This document shows, piece by piece, positions 9,459 through 19,439 of a DNA stretch of 64,000 bases; position 1 is the first letter of the stretch, and each line of letters begins with the position of its first letter. Source of the stretch: an uncultured Gemmatimonadales bacterium (GTDB lineage: Bacteria; Gemmatimonadota; Gemmatimonadetes; Gemmatimonadales; Gemmatimonadaceae); NCBI GenBank assembly GCA_963707505.1, contig CAVPQB010000004.1, forward strand, positions 704,001 through 768,000, written 5' to 3'. Made by a program: the position numbers and the translations under genes. The notes beneath the pieces were generated by a model. It was not told the DNA's origin. It made no database searches and saw only the letters and a list, made by a program, of their open reading frames with translations.

Positions 9459-10075
9459 TGCGGTGGGGCCCTGTGGAGCGTGAACTGCGCTCCGCTGGCG
9501 GGCTCCTTCTGGCTGGAGTTGATGAAGTCGGACGGGGCCCCCTTGCGGGCCCCGTTGTCGCATGTGCGGTCGTCATGGACCCCGATGCCGCGACCATCAA
9601 TGGAGTCGCCGACTCCAAAACGGTGGGCGCCGCAGAGCGTCGCGAGTTGGTGGTGAAGATCCTGGCACGTGCGATCTGTGTCGGATTGGGTGCTGCCTCC
9701 GTTCGTGAGATCGACAGGCTCAATATCTACCACGCGAGCACGCTCGCGATCCGGCGGGCGATCGGGAAGCTTCGCGTCGTACCCAATCACGTGCTGATAG
9801 ACGGCAATCCCATTCGCGCGCTCGAGGTGGAGCATCGCGCGATCGTGGGCGGCGACGCCAGCTGCTACAGCATCGCCTGCGCTTCGATCATCGCCAAGGT
9901 CACCCGCGACAGGCTCATGGTCTCCCTCGCACGACGATATCCAGCGTATCTTTGGGAGCGCAACGTTGGCTACAGCACCAGCGCGCATCTGTCGGCTCTC
10001 AATTCCGTGGGACCGACCGTCCATCACCGCAAGAGCTTCGGTCCAGTCGCACAGTGTCAGTTTCAACTCCGCTAA
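9458..10075 (+). CDS. rnhB: Ribonuclease HII
   Basis: [43 protein letters not shown] overlap with rplS. Confidence 0.96.
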   Translation: MRWGPVERELRSAGGLLLAGVDEVGRGPLAGPVVACAVVMDPDAATINGVADSKTVGAAERRELVVKILARAICVGLGAASVREIDRLNIYHASTLAIRRAIGKLRVVPNHVLIDGNPIRALEVEHRAIVGGDASCYSIACASIIAKVTRDRLMVSLARRYPAYLWERNVGYSTSAHLSALNSVGPTVHHRKSFGPVAQCQFQLR

Positions 10076-10557
10076 TCGGCGTCATCATGGGGTCGCAGTC
10101 GGACTGGGAGACGATGTCTCACGCCGCGACGACCCTGGAGCAGCTCAACGTTCCGTTCGAGACGCGTGTGGTGAGCGCTCATCGAACGCCGGATCTGCTG
10201 TTCGAGTACGCGTCGACTGCCGCAGAGAGAGGACTCGAGGTCATCATCGCAGGCGCGGGCGGCGCGGCACACCTTCCCGGAATGTGCGCGTCGAAAACTC
10301 TGCTGCCGGTGCTCGGCGTTCCCGTCGAGTCGAAAGCGTTGCACGGTATGGATTCGCTGTTGTCCATCGTGCAGATGCCGGCGGGGATTCCGGTTGGCGC
10401 GCTCGCGATCGGACGTGCGGGCGCGATCAATGCAGCGTTGCTCGCAACTGCAGTCGTCGCGAACAGGCATCCAGAGTTTCGCGATGCGCTGAGTCGCTTC
10501 CGTTCGGAACAGACGCAGAAGGTGCTGGATTCCCCCGAACCGCGGGGCGCAGCTTGA
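10054..10557 (+). CDS. purE: N5-CAIR mutase
   Basis: [37 protein letters not shown]; start codon uncertain (GTG 10054). Confidence 0.96.
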   Translation: MSVSTPLIGVIMGSQSDWETMSHAATTLEQLNVPFETRVVSAHRTPDLLFEYASTAAERGLEVIIAGAGGAAHLPGMCASKTLLPVLGVPVESKALHGMDSLLSIVQMPAGIPVGALAIGRAGAINAALLATAVVANRHPEFRDALSRFRSEQTQKVLDSPEPRGAA

Positions 10558-10613
10558 TGTACTGGATGGTGCGTCGGTTCCTGCGCTGGCTGGTAGGCTG
10601 GCTGATTCCGTGA
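10557..10613 (+). CDS. Candidate 18-aa micro-[21 protein letters not shown]
   Basis: ATG overlaps purE stop (TGATG); its TGA overlaps GTG 10610 in the purK frame (GTGA). Confidence 0.4.
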   Translation: MYWMVRRFLRWLVGWLIP

Positions 10614-11737
10614 CCGGACCGTCGCAACGCGATGGCATCATCATGCGGGTCGGAATTCTTGGCGCTGGCCAGTTGGGACAGATGCTGGCGCTGGCTGGAA
10701 TCCCGCTGGGGATGCGTTTCGACTTTTTCTCGCCAACGCCAAGCGCGTCCGCGGAAGCTGTCGGCAACGTAATCATCGGCGAGTACGATGATATCGCGGC
10801 GCTGCGCGAGTTTGCGCGAAGTGTCGACGTGGTCACCTACGAGTTCGAGAACGTTTCGTCGGAAGCCGTTGCAGAGATCGAACAGATATGTCCAGTGTGG
10901 CCGCCCCGCGCTGCACTCGTGACATCGCAGGACCGCGGGCTCGAGAAGCAGGAATTCACGCGACTCGGAATCCCGATCGCACCGTACCGACTGATCGACT
11001 CGCTTGCCGATCTGGAAAGCGCCGTCCGCGATGTCGGCGTGCCGGGCATCCTCAAGACGCGCCGGTTCGGATACGATGGCAAGGGCCAGGTGAGGATTGC
11101 CACGCGCGCCGACGCCGAGTCGGCGTGGAACGCACTCGGTCCCGTTCCCTTGATATATGAAGGGTTCGTCCAATTCGAGCGGGAGTTGTCCGTGATCGCA
11201 GTGCGTTCCGCCGATGGGACGACGCTGTGCTATCCTGTCGCCGAGAACCATCATCGGGACGGCATCTTGCGAACGTCGTTCGCACCGGCCGACAAGTTGA
11301 GCGACGCCAAGCGTCATCAGGCCGAGAGCTATGCGCGCGCGTTGTTGACTGCGTTCGGATATGTAGGCGTCTTCGCGATCGAGATGTTCGACACGGCGTC
11401 CGGTCTGGTCGCGAACGAGATGGCGCCGCGGGTGCACAATTCCGGCCACTGGACGATCGAGGGCGCGGAGACGAGTCAGTTCGAGAATCACATACGTGCA
11501 GTGTGCAATCTTCCACTCGGCGACTGCGCTCCTGTGGGGCATTCCGCGATGTTCAATCTGATCGCAGAGCACCCGGATACGGCAGGCGTGCTGGCGATCC
11601 CGGATGCGCATCTTCACCTGTACGGAAAGAGCGAGCGGAGCGGACGCAAGCTGGGGCATGTTACGATCAGATCGCGGACTCGCGAGGACCTGCAGCGGCA
11701 CGTCGCATCTCTGCGTGCGATTCCGCGTATCGTCTAG
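10610..11737 (+). CDS. purK: N5-CAIR synthetase
   Basis: GILGAGQLGQM, TYEFENV, GYDGKGQ, NEMAPRVHNSGHWT, HLYGK, RKLGH; alternative ATG at 10643. Confidence 0.96.
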   Translation: MTGPSQRDGIIMRVGILGAGQLGQMLALAGIPLGMRFDFFSPTPSASAEAVGNVIIGEYDDIAALREFARSVDVVTYEFENVSSEAVAEIEQICPVWPPRAALVTSQDRGLEKQEFTRLGIPIAPYRLIDSLADLESAVRDVGVPGILKTRRFGYDGKGQVRIATRADAESAWNALGPVPLIYEGFVQFERELSVIAVRSADGTTLCYPVAENHHRDGILRTSFAPADKLSDAKRHQAESYARALLTAFGYVGVFAIEMFDTASGLVANEMAPRVHNSGHWTIEGAETSQFENHIRAVCNLPLGDCAPVGHSAMFNLIAEHPDTAGVLAIPDAHLHLYGKSERSGRKLGHVTIRSRTREDLQRHVASLRAIPRIV

Positions 11738-11748
11738 AGGCTGCGCCG

Positions 11749-12399
11749 TTGATCAATCAGTCGACTGTCGCGTTCACGACGCTCGCGTTCACATCGCTTC
11801 TCGCGATCGTGAATCCACTGAGCGCCGTTCCACTTTACGTTACCGCGACTGCCGACCTCGACGACAAGCAACGCGCGTCCACTCTGAGACTCGCCGTAGC
11901 GACTGGAATCATCGCGCTGGTCGCGTTCGGACTGGCGGGCACTTACATACTGCGGTTCTTCGGAATAACCACGTACGCGTTCCGCATCGCCGGAGGAATC
12001 ATCTTCCTCGGAATCGGCAGCGACATGCTCAAGGCGCGACGATCGCGCGATCGAACCAGCCGCGGTGAGCAGGAGGCCGCCGAGCAGAAGGCGGAGGTCG
12101 GGATCATTCCGCTGGGAATACCGACGCTGGCGGGGCCGGGCTCCATCACGACTGTGATCACGCTCACGGCACAGGCCGACACGCGCATTGAGCTGGTGGG
12201 TTTGTACGGCGCGATCGTTGCGGTGATGGTACTGTCGTGGATGGTGTTGGCTGTGGCGCCATTCATCGTTCAACGAGTCGGGCGTACCGGAATGAATGTG
12301 ATGACGCGGTTGATGGGTCTCCTTATCATGGTAATTGGTGTGCAGTTCATCATCGAGGGTGTCCGGACCGTTGCGCTCGACATCCTGCGTCACGCGTGA
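11749..12399 (+). CDS. MarC family integral membrane protein
   Basis: IVNPL, FRIAGGII, PLGIPTLAGPGSI, RLMGL; about six hydrophobic segments; TTG start. Confidence 0.92.
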   Translation: MINQSTVAFTTLAFTSLLAIVNPLSAVPLYVTATADLDDKQRASTLRLAVATGIIALVAFGLAGTYILRFFGITTYAFRIAGGIIFLGIGSDMLKARRSRDRTSRGEQEAAEQKAEVGIIPLGIPTLAGPGSITTVITLTAQADTRIELVGLYGAIVAVMVLSWMVLAVAPFIVQRVGRTGMNVMTRLMGLLIMVIGVQFIIEGVRTVALDILRHA

Positions 12400-15300
12400 C
12401 CGACGACTATCTGGAAGACGAGGAGCCTTCCGGGCCCGTATTTCTAGATAGAACCGGGCGCCGCTGGCCGCGCGTGCGTCGCTTTGCGACAGTGATTGGC
12501 GTCGTGACCACGCTGCTGTTGCTGTCTCTTGCAGGTATCATGGTTCTCGCGCCGCCTGCGCTACCGGCGTTTCGTCCTGCCACGACAACCGTTACGCCGC
12601 GCTTCGTCGGTGCGCGGGAGAACAGACGCCGTCGCACCAAACGCAGCGAGCTCTACGCCGCGCTTCAGGTTCAGAAGACGGCTCGTTCCATCCGCAAGGC
12701 GGCTGCCGCGATCGAGCGTGAGTTGGCTGGGGTGCCGAGCGCGCGTCAGATACGGGCCGGCTTCTACGTATGGTGGGCCGACAACTCGTTTGCGTCTTTT
12801 CAGCGCAACTATGATGATCTCGACTGGATAATCTCCGAGTGGGGTTATCTGTCGGCTGCTGGCGACAGCGTCGATCTCAGCATGATTCAGAAGGACACCA
12901 GCTTCTTCGGGATGTACGACTCGATTCCATCGCCGCCGAAGGTGCTGCTCCTCGTCAACAACGTCGATCGCAAGACGCAGTTGTTCAGCTCGGCGGGAGT
13001 TACAGCGATGCTGGCAACGCCGGTCGCGCGGAGCAAGGTGGAGAATCAGATCGTCGGCGCAGTTCTGCACTACAAGTTCGCCGGCGTGACGATCGACTTC
13101 GAGAATGTGCCGCCGAGCGCCACCGCCAATCTGGTGCTGTTCCAGAGCGAGCTCGGCGCGATGCTGCACGCGCACAAGTTGTTGCTCACGCAGACGGTCG
13201 GTGTCAACACCGGCCCGCGCGATCTGAAGGCTTTCTCTGCCGTCAACGACTATCTCTTTCTGATGCTCTACGACGAGCATTATGGAAAGGGTGACCCCGG
13301 GCCAGTTGCGAGCCAGCAGTGGTACGTCGATCGGGCGCGCGAGATGTTGCGAAGCGTGCCGGCGACGAAAGCGATATTCGCGCTTGGCGCCTACGGCTAC
13401 GACTGGAACGATGCTGGGCCGGCGAATTCCGGTGAGTCGTACACGTTTCAGGAAGTGCTGGCCAAGGGACGCGACAATCCGGGCAGCTCACACATGGGCT
13501 TCGACCGGGAAGCGCTCAATCCCTACATGACGTGGACCGACCCCGATTCCACCGACCATCTCGTGTGGTATCTCGATGGTGCGAGTGCATACAATCAGGT
13601 GCGCGCGGAGCGCGCGCTGGGCGGAGCGGGTTACGCTGTCTGGCGGCTTGGCGCGGAAGACCCAGCGCTATGGAAGGCGGTCGCTGAAGATCGCGTTGCC
13701 GACGCCGCCAGTGTGTTGGCGGACATTCCGGCTGGCTACGAGACCGAGTTCATTGGCGACGGCGAGATACTTCAGATCGTTGCATCACCGCGCACTGGAC
13801 GGCGCATATTGACGCCCGATACCGCGCGCGGGGTGATCACCAACGAGCGGATCGTCGCCTACCCGTCGCCGTACATCGTTCGAAAGTACGGGAAGTCGGA
13901 GCACGAGGTCGCACTGACTTTCGACGATGGCCCCGATGGTACATGGACGCCGCCGATTCTCGATACGCTCAAGTCGCGGCATGTGGTCGGAACGTTCTTC
14001 GTGATCGGGCGAAACGTCGAGGCGCACATCCCGTTGATGCGACGGATAGTTCGCGAAGGGCATCTGTTCGGCAATCATACATTCACGCATCCCAATCTCG
14101 CGCTGACGTCCGATTTCGTCACCAAGCTCGAGATAGACGCGAACCAGCGATTGCTCGAAGCGATTCTGGATCGTCGCTCGTTCTTCTTCCGGCCGCCCTA
14201 TTTCGGTGACGCCGAGCCCACGACGACCGACGAGCTGGTTCCGGTGGACATCGCAAGCAAGCGCGGCTACGTGACGGTTGGTCTGCACATCGACGCTGAA
14301 GACTGGGAGCCGATATCGGCGAATCAGATCGTCAAGAACGTCATGGATCAGCGCTATTACGGCGGCGTCGTAACCGCTGGCGGACTGCGTGCGGGTGGCA
14401 ACGTGATACTGCTGCACGATGGCGGCGGCAATCGCGCTCAGACGGTAAAGGCGCTCGGTCCGATCATTGATTCGCTGCGCGCGCATGGGGATACCGTTGT
14501 TCCACTCTCACAACTCGCCGGAATCTCGGAGCAGGAGGCGATTCCGGGACTTCCGCCTCGTAGCGCAGTGACGCGCGGGATCGAGCTCGCGACGTTCTCA
14601 TTCGTCAGCGGGCTCGAATGGACACTGTACTGGCTGTTCTTCATTGCCGTGGTGGTTGGCGCGATACGACTGGTCGTCATCATCGTGCTTGCGACATACC
14701 AGCGGTATCACTCGCGCAAGCCGACTCCGAATTACACACCGTCGGTGACGATCATCGTTCCTGCGTACAATGAAGAGCGCGTCATTGTATCGACCGTGAG
14801 GAGCCTGCTGAACCAGGAGTATGGCGGCGAGCTCAACATTCTGATAGTTGACGACGGATCCCCGGACGAGACGTTCAACGTCGCGCAGCGCGAGTTTGGC
14901 GATGATCCACGCGTTGTCGTATTGCGCAAGGAAAACGGTGGCAAGGCGAGTGCACTGAACTTCGGAATTGCGCGCGCTCGCGGAGAGATCATCGTATGCC
15001 TCGATGCTGACACTCAATTCACGCCGACCACGGTTGAGCGACTTGTCGCACCAATGAGCGATCATAAGGTCGGAGCAGTTGCCGGAAATGCGAAGGTTGG
15101 CAACCGGCACAACATGGTCACGCGTTGGCAGGCGCTGGAGTACGTCACGAGCCAGAATCTGGAGCGGCGCGCGTTCGCGGTCCTGAACGCGATAACCATA
15201 GTTCCTGGTGCCGTGGGGGCGTGGCGCAAGTCGTACGTGCAGGCGGTCGGCGGGTTCAGCGATGACACGCTCGCGGAGGACCAGGATCTGACCTGGGCGC

Positions 15301-15938
15301 TGGGCGAGGAAGGGGTGCGAGTCACGTACGCTGATGACGCAATCGCATACACGGAGGCACCCGACACTCTCAAGACGCTGATTCGCCAGCGATTCAGATG
15401 GTCATTCGGAACGCTTCAGTCGGTTTGGAAGCACAAGAAGATCACCTTCCGGCCAAAATACGGCGCGCTCGGAATGATCGCGATGCCAAACGTCTGGATC
15501 TTTCAGCTGTTCTACACCGCGATATCGCCGCTCGCTGACATTCTGTTCGCCTGGAGTCTGTTCTCGGTCCTGATTGCACGATATCAGCATGGTGACCGAT
15601 ATGCGTTGAGCAATCTCGAAGACGTACTGAAGTTGTACGTCATATTTCTTATCGTTGACTGGCTTGCGGCCGTCGTTGCGTTCCTCATGGAGCCTGGTGA
15701 GGAAAAGGCGCTCACGTGGCTGGTGCTGATTCAACGCTTCGTGTTCCGGCAGACGATGTATTGGGTCGTGGTGAAGTCGATCGCGGCGGCACTGCGCGGG
15801 CATGTCGTGGGTTGGGGCAAACTGGAGCGCAAGGGAATGAATCTCCTACCGACCACGGCGAACGCATCGGGTCATGCACCGACTCTACCACCGGCCCAGC
15901 CACCGGCGCAGCCTGCTCCACCCGGTCCAGTCGCGTGA
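12396..15938 (+). CDS. GH18 + polysaccharide deacetylase (CE4/NodB) + GT2 synthase fusion
   Basis: GVTIDFE and MLYDEH (GH18-like); TFDDGP, HTFTHP, RPPY, LLHDG (CE4); DDGS, GGKA, DAD, AED, QRFRW (processive GT2). Confidence 0.92.
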   Translation: MTDDYLEDEEPSGPVFLDRTGRRWPRVRRFATVIGVVTTLLLLSLAGIMVLAPPALPAFRPATTTVTPRFVGARENRRRRTKRSELYAALQVQKTARSIRKAAAAIERELAGVPSARQIRAGFYVWWADNSFASFQRNYDDLDWIISEWGYLSAAGDSVDLSMIQKDTSFFGMYDSIPSPPKVLLLVNNVDRKTQLFSSAGVTAMLATPVARSKVENQIVGAVLHYKFAGVTIDFENVPPSATANLVLFQSELGAMLHAHKLLLTQTVGVNTGPRDLKAFSAVNDYLFLMLYDEHYGKGDPGPVASQQWYVDRAREMLRSVPATKAIFALGAYGYDWNDAGPANSGESYTFQEVLAKGRDNPGSSHMGFDREALNPYMTWTDPDSTDHLVWYLDGASAYNQVRAERALGGAGYAVWRLGAEDPALWKAVAEDRVADAASVLADIPAGYETEFIGDGEILQIVASPRTGRRILTPDTARGVITNERIVAYPSPYIVRKYGKSEHEVALTFDDGPDGTWTPPILDTLKSRHVVGTFFVIGRNVEAHIPLMRRIVREGHLFGNHTFTHPNLALTSDFVTKLEIDANQRLLEAILDRRSFFFRPPYFGDAEPTTTDELVPVDIASKRGYVTVGLHIDAEDWEPISANQIVKNVMDQRYYGGVVTAGGLRAGGNVILLHDGGGNRAQTVKALGPIIDSLRAHGDTVVPLSQLAGISEQEAIPGLPPRSAVTRGIELATFSFVSGLEWTLYWLFFIAVVVGAIRLVVIIVLATYQRYHSRKPTPNYTPSVTIIVPAYNEERVIVSTVRSLLNQEYGGELNILIVDDGSPDETFNVAQREFGDDPRVVVLRKENGGKASALNFGIARARGEIIVCLDADTQFTPTTVERLVAPMSDHKVGAVAGNAKVGNRHNMVTRWQALEYVTSQNLERRAFAVLNAITIVPGAVGAWRKSYVQAVGGFSDDTLAEDQDLTWALGEEGVRVTYADDAIAYTEAPDTLKTLIRQRFRWSFGTLQSVWKHKKITFRPKYGALGMIAMPNVWIFQLFYTAISPLADILFAWSLFSVLIARYQHGDRYALSNLEDVLKLYVIFLIVDWLAAVVAFLMEPGEEKALTWLVLIQRFVFRQTMYWVVVKSIAAALRGHVVGWGKLERKGMNLLPTTANASGHAPTLPPAQPPAQPAPPGPVA

Positions 15939-15994
15939 AGCAGCGCGATGTGCTCGAGTGCATGCAGGGGATCTCGGGCTGTCACGTGCCCTGA

Positions 15995-16200
15995 GCGCAC
16001 GCTGGATACAGGATACAAAAGCGGAAGTCATCGTCGAACCATTTGTTCAGCTATCGCGAGATCTCGGTCACAACGTCGACGGGATCGTTCTCGCGCCGGC
16101 CATCTCTCGCGACCTTGCATGCGCCATGGACGGAGATCTACGTGTGGCGAGCACGGTTGGCCGCGGCTTCGGCTTCACGCTTCCGCTTCCTCGCGCGTAG
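15995..16200 (+). pseudogene. Relic of a histidine kinase HATPase_c C-terminus
   Basis: EVIVEPFVQL...GIVLAPAISRDLACAMDGDLRVASTVGRGFGFTLPLPRA resembles IFEPFVQ...GTGLGLAISR.LAR.MGG.L.V.S..G.GS.FTL.LP. Confidence 0.7.
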
Positions 16201-16273
16201 CATGTGTGTAGGGTATTGACGCTGGGCCGTTAACGCGGGTCTGGGGTATTCGTCTCAGAGTTCGACAAGCTGC

Positions 16274-16302
16274 GCAACCATTTTCGGTTCGGCGTCGTCT
16301 AA
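16274..16302 (+). promoter_or_regulatory. Candidate ECF sigma promoter
   Basis: GCAACC...CGTCTAA with AAC-17 bp-CGT spacing, just upstream of the kinase gene. Confidence 0.45.
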
Positions 16303-16334
16303 TCGGAAACCACCTCGATCAAAGACAGCAACCA

Positions 16335-17744
16335 GTGACCTCCTCAATACCGGAAATCATGCGCGCCGAGCTTGGCGACGCGTATGTCATCGAGCGAGAG
16401 CTCGACGGAGGAATGTCATGCGTCTTTGTTGCCGAGGACCGTGAGCTGGCTCGGCGCGTCGTGATCAAGGTACTGCACCCGCATCTCGCCGCGTCTGTTT
16501 CGGTCGAGCGGTTCAGGCGGGAGATCCTCACGGTTGCAGGCCTCCAGCACCCGCACATAGTCGGCGTTCTCCGCACAGGTACCGCGGCTGGCCTGCCGTA
16601 TTTCATAATGCCGTACGTCGATGGTGAATCGCTGGCCAAGCGCATCACCGCGGGTCCAATGGCCGTGCGCGACGCCGTTGCGATTCTCAAGGATGTGGCT
16701 CGCGCGCTCGCTTTCGCCCACGAGCGCGGAGTGGTGCATCGCGACATCAAGCCGGGAAACATCCTTCTGGCCGGTGGCTCGGCGATGGTCACGGACTTTG
16801 GCGTCGCCAAGGCGCTGTCGTCCGCGCGCCGCACCGGCCCGGACGCGGCTGGACGTGGCTTGACGACCGACGGCGCGTCGATCGGCACGCTCCTCTACAT
16901 GGCGCCTGAGCAGGCCGCCGCCGATCCGGACATAGACGGGCGTGCTGACATCTACTCGCTCGGGGTCACTGCATATGAGATGTTGACGGGCTCGCCACCA
17001 TTCGCGGGTCTATCTGCACGCGCAATGCTGGCGGCGCGGATGAGTACGCTGCCTCCGGCGATCTCAACGGTGCGCTCCGATGTTCCGGCGGAGCTGAACG
17101 ATCTGATCATGCAGTGTCTCGCGACCGATCCAGCCGATCGGACAGCGAGTGCGCAGGATCTCGTCGATGCGCTCGAGCAGCCGGGCGTGGTCAGTGGAGA
17201 GTTTCTCAAGGCTGCACATCCCCGAATGCGCCGGCGCGGACTGGCGGGAATTGCGGCGGGCCTCGCGCTCGTCGCCATTGTTGGCGCAGGCGTCGCCACC
17301 AGCCGCAGCCATGCAGGCGGCGGTGCGAGCCTGCGCGCGGCTGCACTGGTCACGCCACTGGGTGAGATCGCCGTCGTCCCATTCGTCGACCTCGGCTCGG
17401 ATGCGGCTGATTCGAGCGTGGCCATCGGTATAACGAACGCCGTTGCCGACAACCTCACGAAGTCTGCGCATCTCAAGGTGATCTCACCGACTGCCTCCGC
17501 CGCGCTCGTCCGCGACATACGAGCTGGTACCACTTCGGTCAGCAAGACGCCCCCCAAGCTGCTGCTCGAGGGCACCGTGCAGCGTGAAGGATCCAAGCTG
17601 CGGGTCACTGCACGCCTGAGTAACGCGTCGGATGGCGTGATGCGCTGGGCCGATGTGTACGATCGAGATGGTCGCGATCTCTTCAAGGTGACTGACGACA
17701 TCGCTGCAGCAATCGTTGCCTCGATCAAGCACCCGTCCGCGTAG
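16335..17744 (+). CDS. Hanks-type Ser/Thr kinase with TM helix and TolB-N-like C-terminal domain
   Basis: VVIK, HRDIKPGN, DFG, YMAPEQ, DIYSLG; TM GIAAGLALVAIVGAGV; IAVVPFVDL...LEGTVQREGSKLRVTARL. Confidence 0.93.
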   Translation: MTSSIPEIMRAELGDAYVIERELDGGMSCVFVAEDRELARRVVIKVLHPHLAASVSVERFRREILTVAGLQHPHIVGVLRTGTAAGLPYFIMPYVDGESLAKRITAGPMAVRDAVAILKDVARALAFAHERGVVHRDIKPGNILLAGGSAMVTDFGVAKALSSARRTGPDAAGRGLTTDGASIGTLLYMAPEQAAADPDIDGRADIYSLGVTAYEMLTGSPPFAGLSARAMLAARMSTLPPAISTVRSDVPAELNDLIMQCLATDPADRTASAQDLVDALEQPGVVSGEFLKAAHPRMRRRGLAGIAAGLALVAIVGAGVATSRSHAGGGASLRAAALVTPLGEIAVVPFVDLGSDAADSSVAIGITNAVADNLTKSAHLKVISPTASAALVRDIRAGTTSVSKTPPKLLLEGTVQREGSKLRVTARLSNASDGVMRWADVYDRDGRDLFKVTDDIAAAIVASIKHPSA

Positions 17745-17945
17745 CGCGTCTTCCTTGCGCTCCACCGCGCGGAAGTTAAGGATCAAAAAATGTTGATGAA
17801 TTCTTAGCGTCGGTTATCGAAGAACTCCGACTCACTGGCGTGCGCGCTGCCACAGCGACGTTTGCGAGCTGGCGGTGTACGCTTTCTTACCGAATTTGTC
17901 GTGCTTCCGTTACAGCGAGTGACGCTGTTCAAACGTACCGATTCG

Positions 17946-19439
17946 ATGCCTCTTCCAAACCGATTGCGAACCTGCGCTGCCTTTATCGCAACCCTCTGCC
18001 TCGGCGCTTGCACATATGGGCCGCCGAGTGTGAATGGCGTTCCTGGGGCGCCAGCCTCACCGAGTACCACCTGGACGCGACCCAGCCACGGCCTTGCCAC
18101 TGAACCAGCGCAGACAGTTTCTGCACTTCCTCCCGACGTTCTCGAGCGAGCGAGCCAGCTCACCCTCGGCGATGTAATCGATGTTGCGTTGCGTAACAAT
18201 CCCGTGACGCGGGTGTCCTGGGCACAGGCGCGAGCGGCCGCCGCGGAGTATGGATCGACGCGTGGTTCGTTTCTCCCGACAATTACGGGATCCGCGACTG
18301 TGTCCAGAACCAAATCGGTCCCCCCAAACGGCGGGGAGCCGATCGAGCGCACGCAGGTCAATCCTGCGCTCACGTTGAGTTATCTGCTGCTCGACTTCGG
18401 TGGGCGCAGCGGCACCATCGACGAAGCGCGGCAGAATCTCTTCGCTGCCGATCTCACGCATAACGCCACGCTCCAGAACGTGGTGTTGCAGGTCGAGACG
18501 GCATACTTCACATACATGGCGAACAGTGCATTGCTGCGCGCCGAGCGTTCGGCGATCGCTGAAGCGCAGGCGAATCTGTCGTCGGCGCAACAGCGAGACA
18601 GCGTCGGCCTCGCGACAATTGCCGACGTGCTTCAGGCGCGGACTGCGCTATCGCAGGAACAGCTCAATCTCGAATCGATACAGGGTAGCCTTCAAACGGC
18701 GCGCGGGAATCTCGCGGCCGCGATGGGTATTCCAGCGAACGTGTCGTACGATCTCGGGCCATTGTCTGGCGCCGTTCCCGTACGCGCGGTGTCGGTGACT
18801 GTGGATAGTCTCATAGCTGACGCGCTTGCGCGGCGGCCCGACCTCGCCGCTGCTCGTGCGCAGGCCGCAGCGGCGCTGGCAGACGTCAGAGTTGTCAAAT
18901 CCGCGGCGTTGCCAGCGCTCACATTTGGAAGTACTGCCGGCAGGACCTACGCCGACCCGAGCAAATATGGCGGTGGCTCGTACGGACTCACCCTCGGTGT
19001 GTCGGTACCCATCTTCAGCGGCTTTTCGCAGCAGTACAACATCGTCGCTGCACGTGCGCGTGCTGACGCGGCGACGGCGCAGGCCGACATTCTGCGACAG
19101 GAAGTGACGACGCAGGTCTTCACGTCGTATTACGGACTCCAGACAGCAGGGCAGAGAGTTATAACCGCGGACGCGCTGCTCGCGAGTGCAGAACAGTCCG
19201 AGCAGGTTGCGGCGGGACGATATCGTGAGGGAGTCGGGAGCATCATCGACTTGCTAACGGCGCAGTCCGCCCTGGCCAACGCCCGCGCGCAGCAGGTTCA
19301 GTCGCGCTGGCAGTGGTACACAGCGCTGGCACAACTCGCGCACGATGCCGGAGTGCTCGGTACACGTGGCGAAACGCCGTTCCCATTCGTGCCGAGCCCC
19401 GACACGACTCCCACGTTGCAGACCGCACCGCATCCATGA
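17946..19439 (+). CDS. TolC-family outer membrane efflux lipoprotein
   Basis: Lipobox LGAC, ALRNNP, two OEP helical repeats, RYREGVGSIIDLLTAQ. Confidence 0.92.
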   Translation: MPLPNRLRTCAAFIATLCLGACTYGPPSVNGVPGAPASPSTTWTRPSHGLATEPAQTVSALPPDVLERASQLTLGDVIDVALRNNPVTRVSWAQARAAAAEYGSTRGSFLPTITGSATVSRTKSVPPNGGEPIERTQVNPALTLSYLLLDFGGRSGTIDEARQNLFAADLTHNATLQNVVLQVETAYFTYMANSALLRAERSAIAEAQANLSSAQQRDSVGLATIADVLQARTALSQEQLNLESIQGSLQTARGNLAAAMGIPANVSYDLGPLSGAVPVRAVSVTVDSLIADALARRPDLAAARAQAAAALADVRVVKSAALPALTFGSTAGRTYADPSKYGGGSYGLTLGVSVPIFSGFSQQYNIVAARARADAATAQADILRQEVTTQVFTSYYGLQTAGQRVITADALLASAEQSEQVAAGRYREGVGSIIDLLTAQSALANARAQQVQSRWQWYTALAQLAHDAGVLGTRGETPFPFVPSPDTTPTLQTAPHP

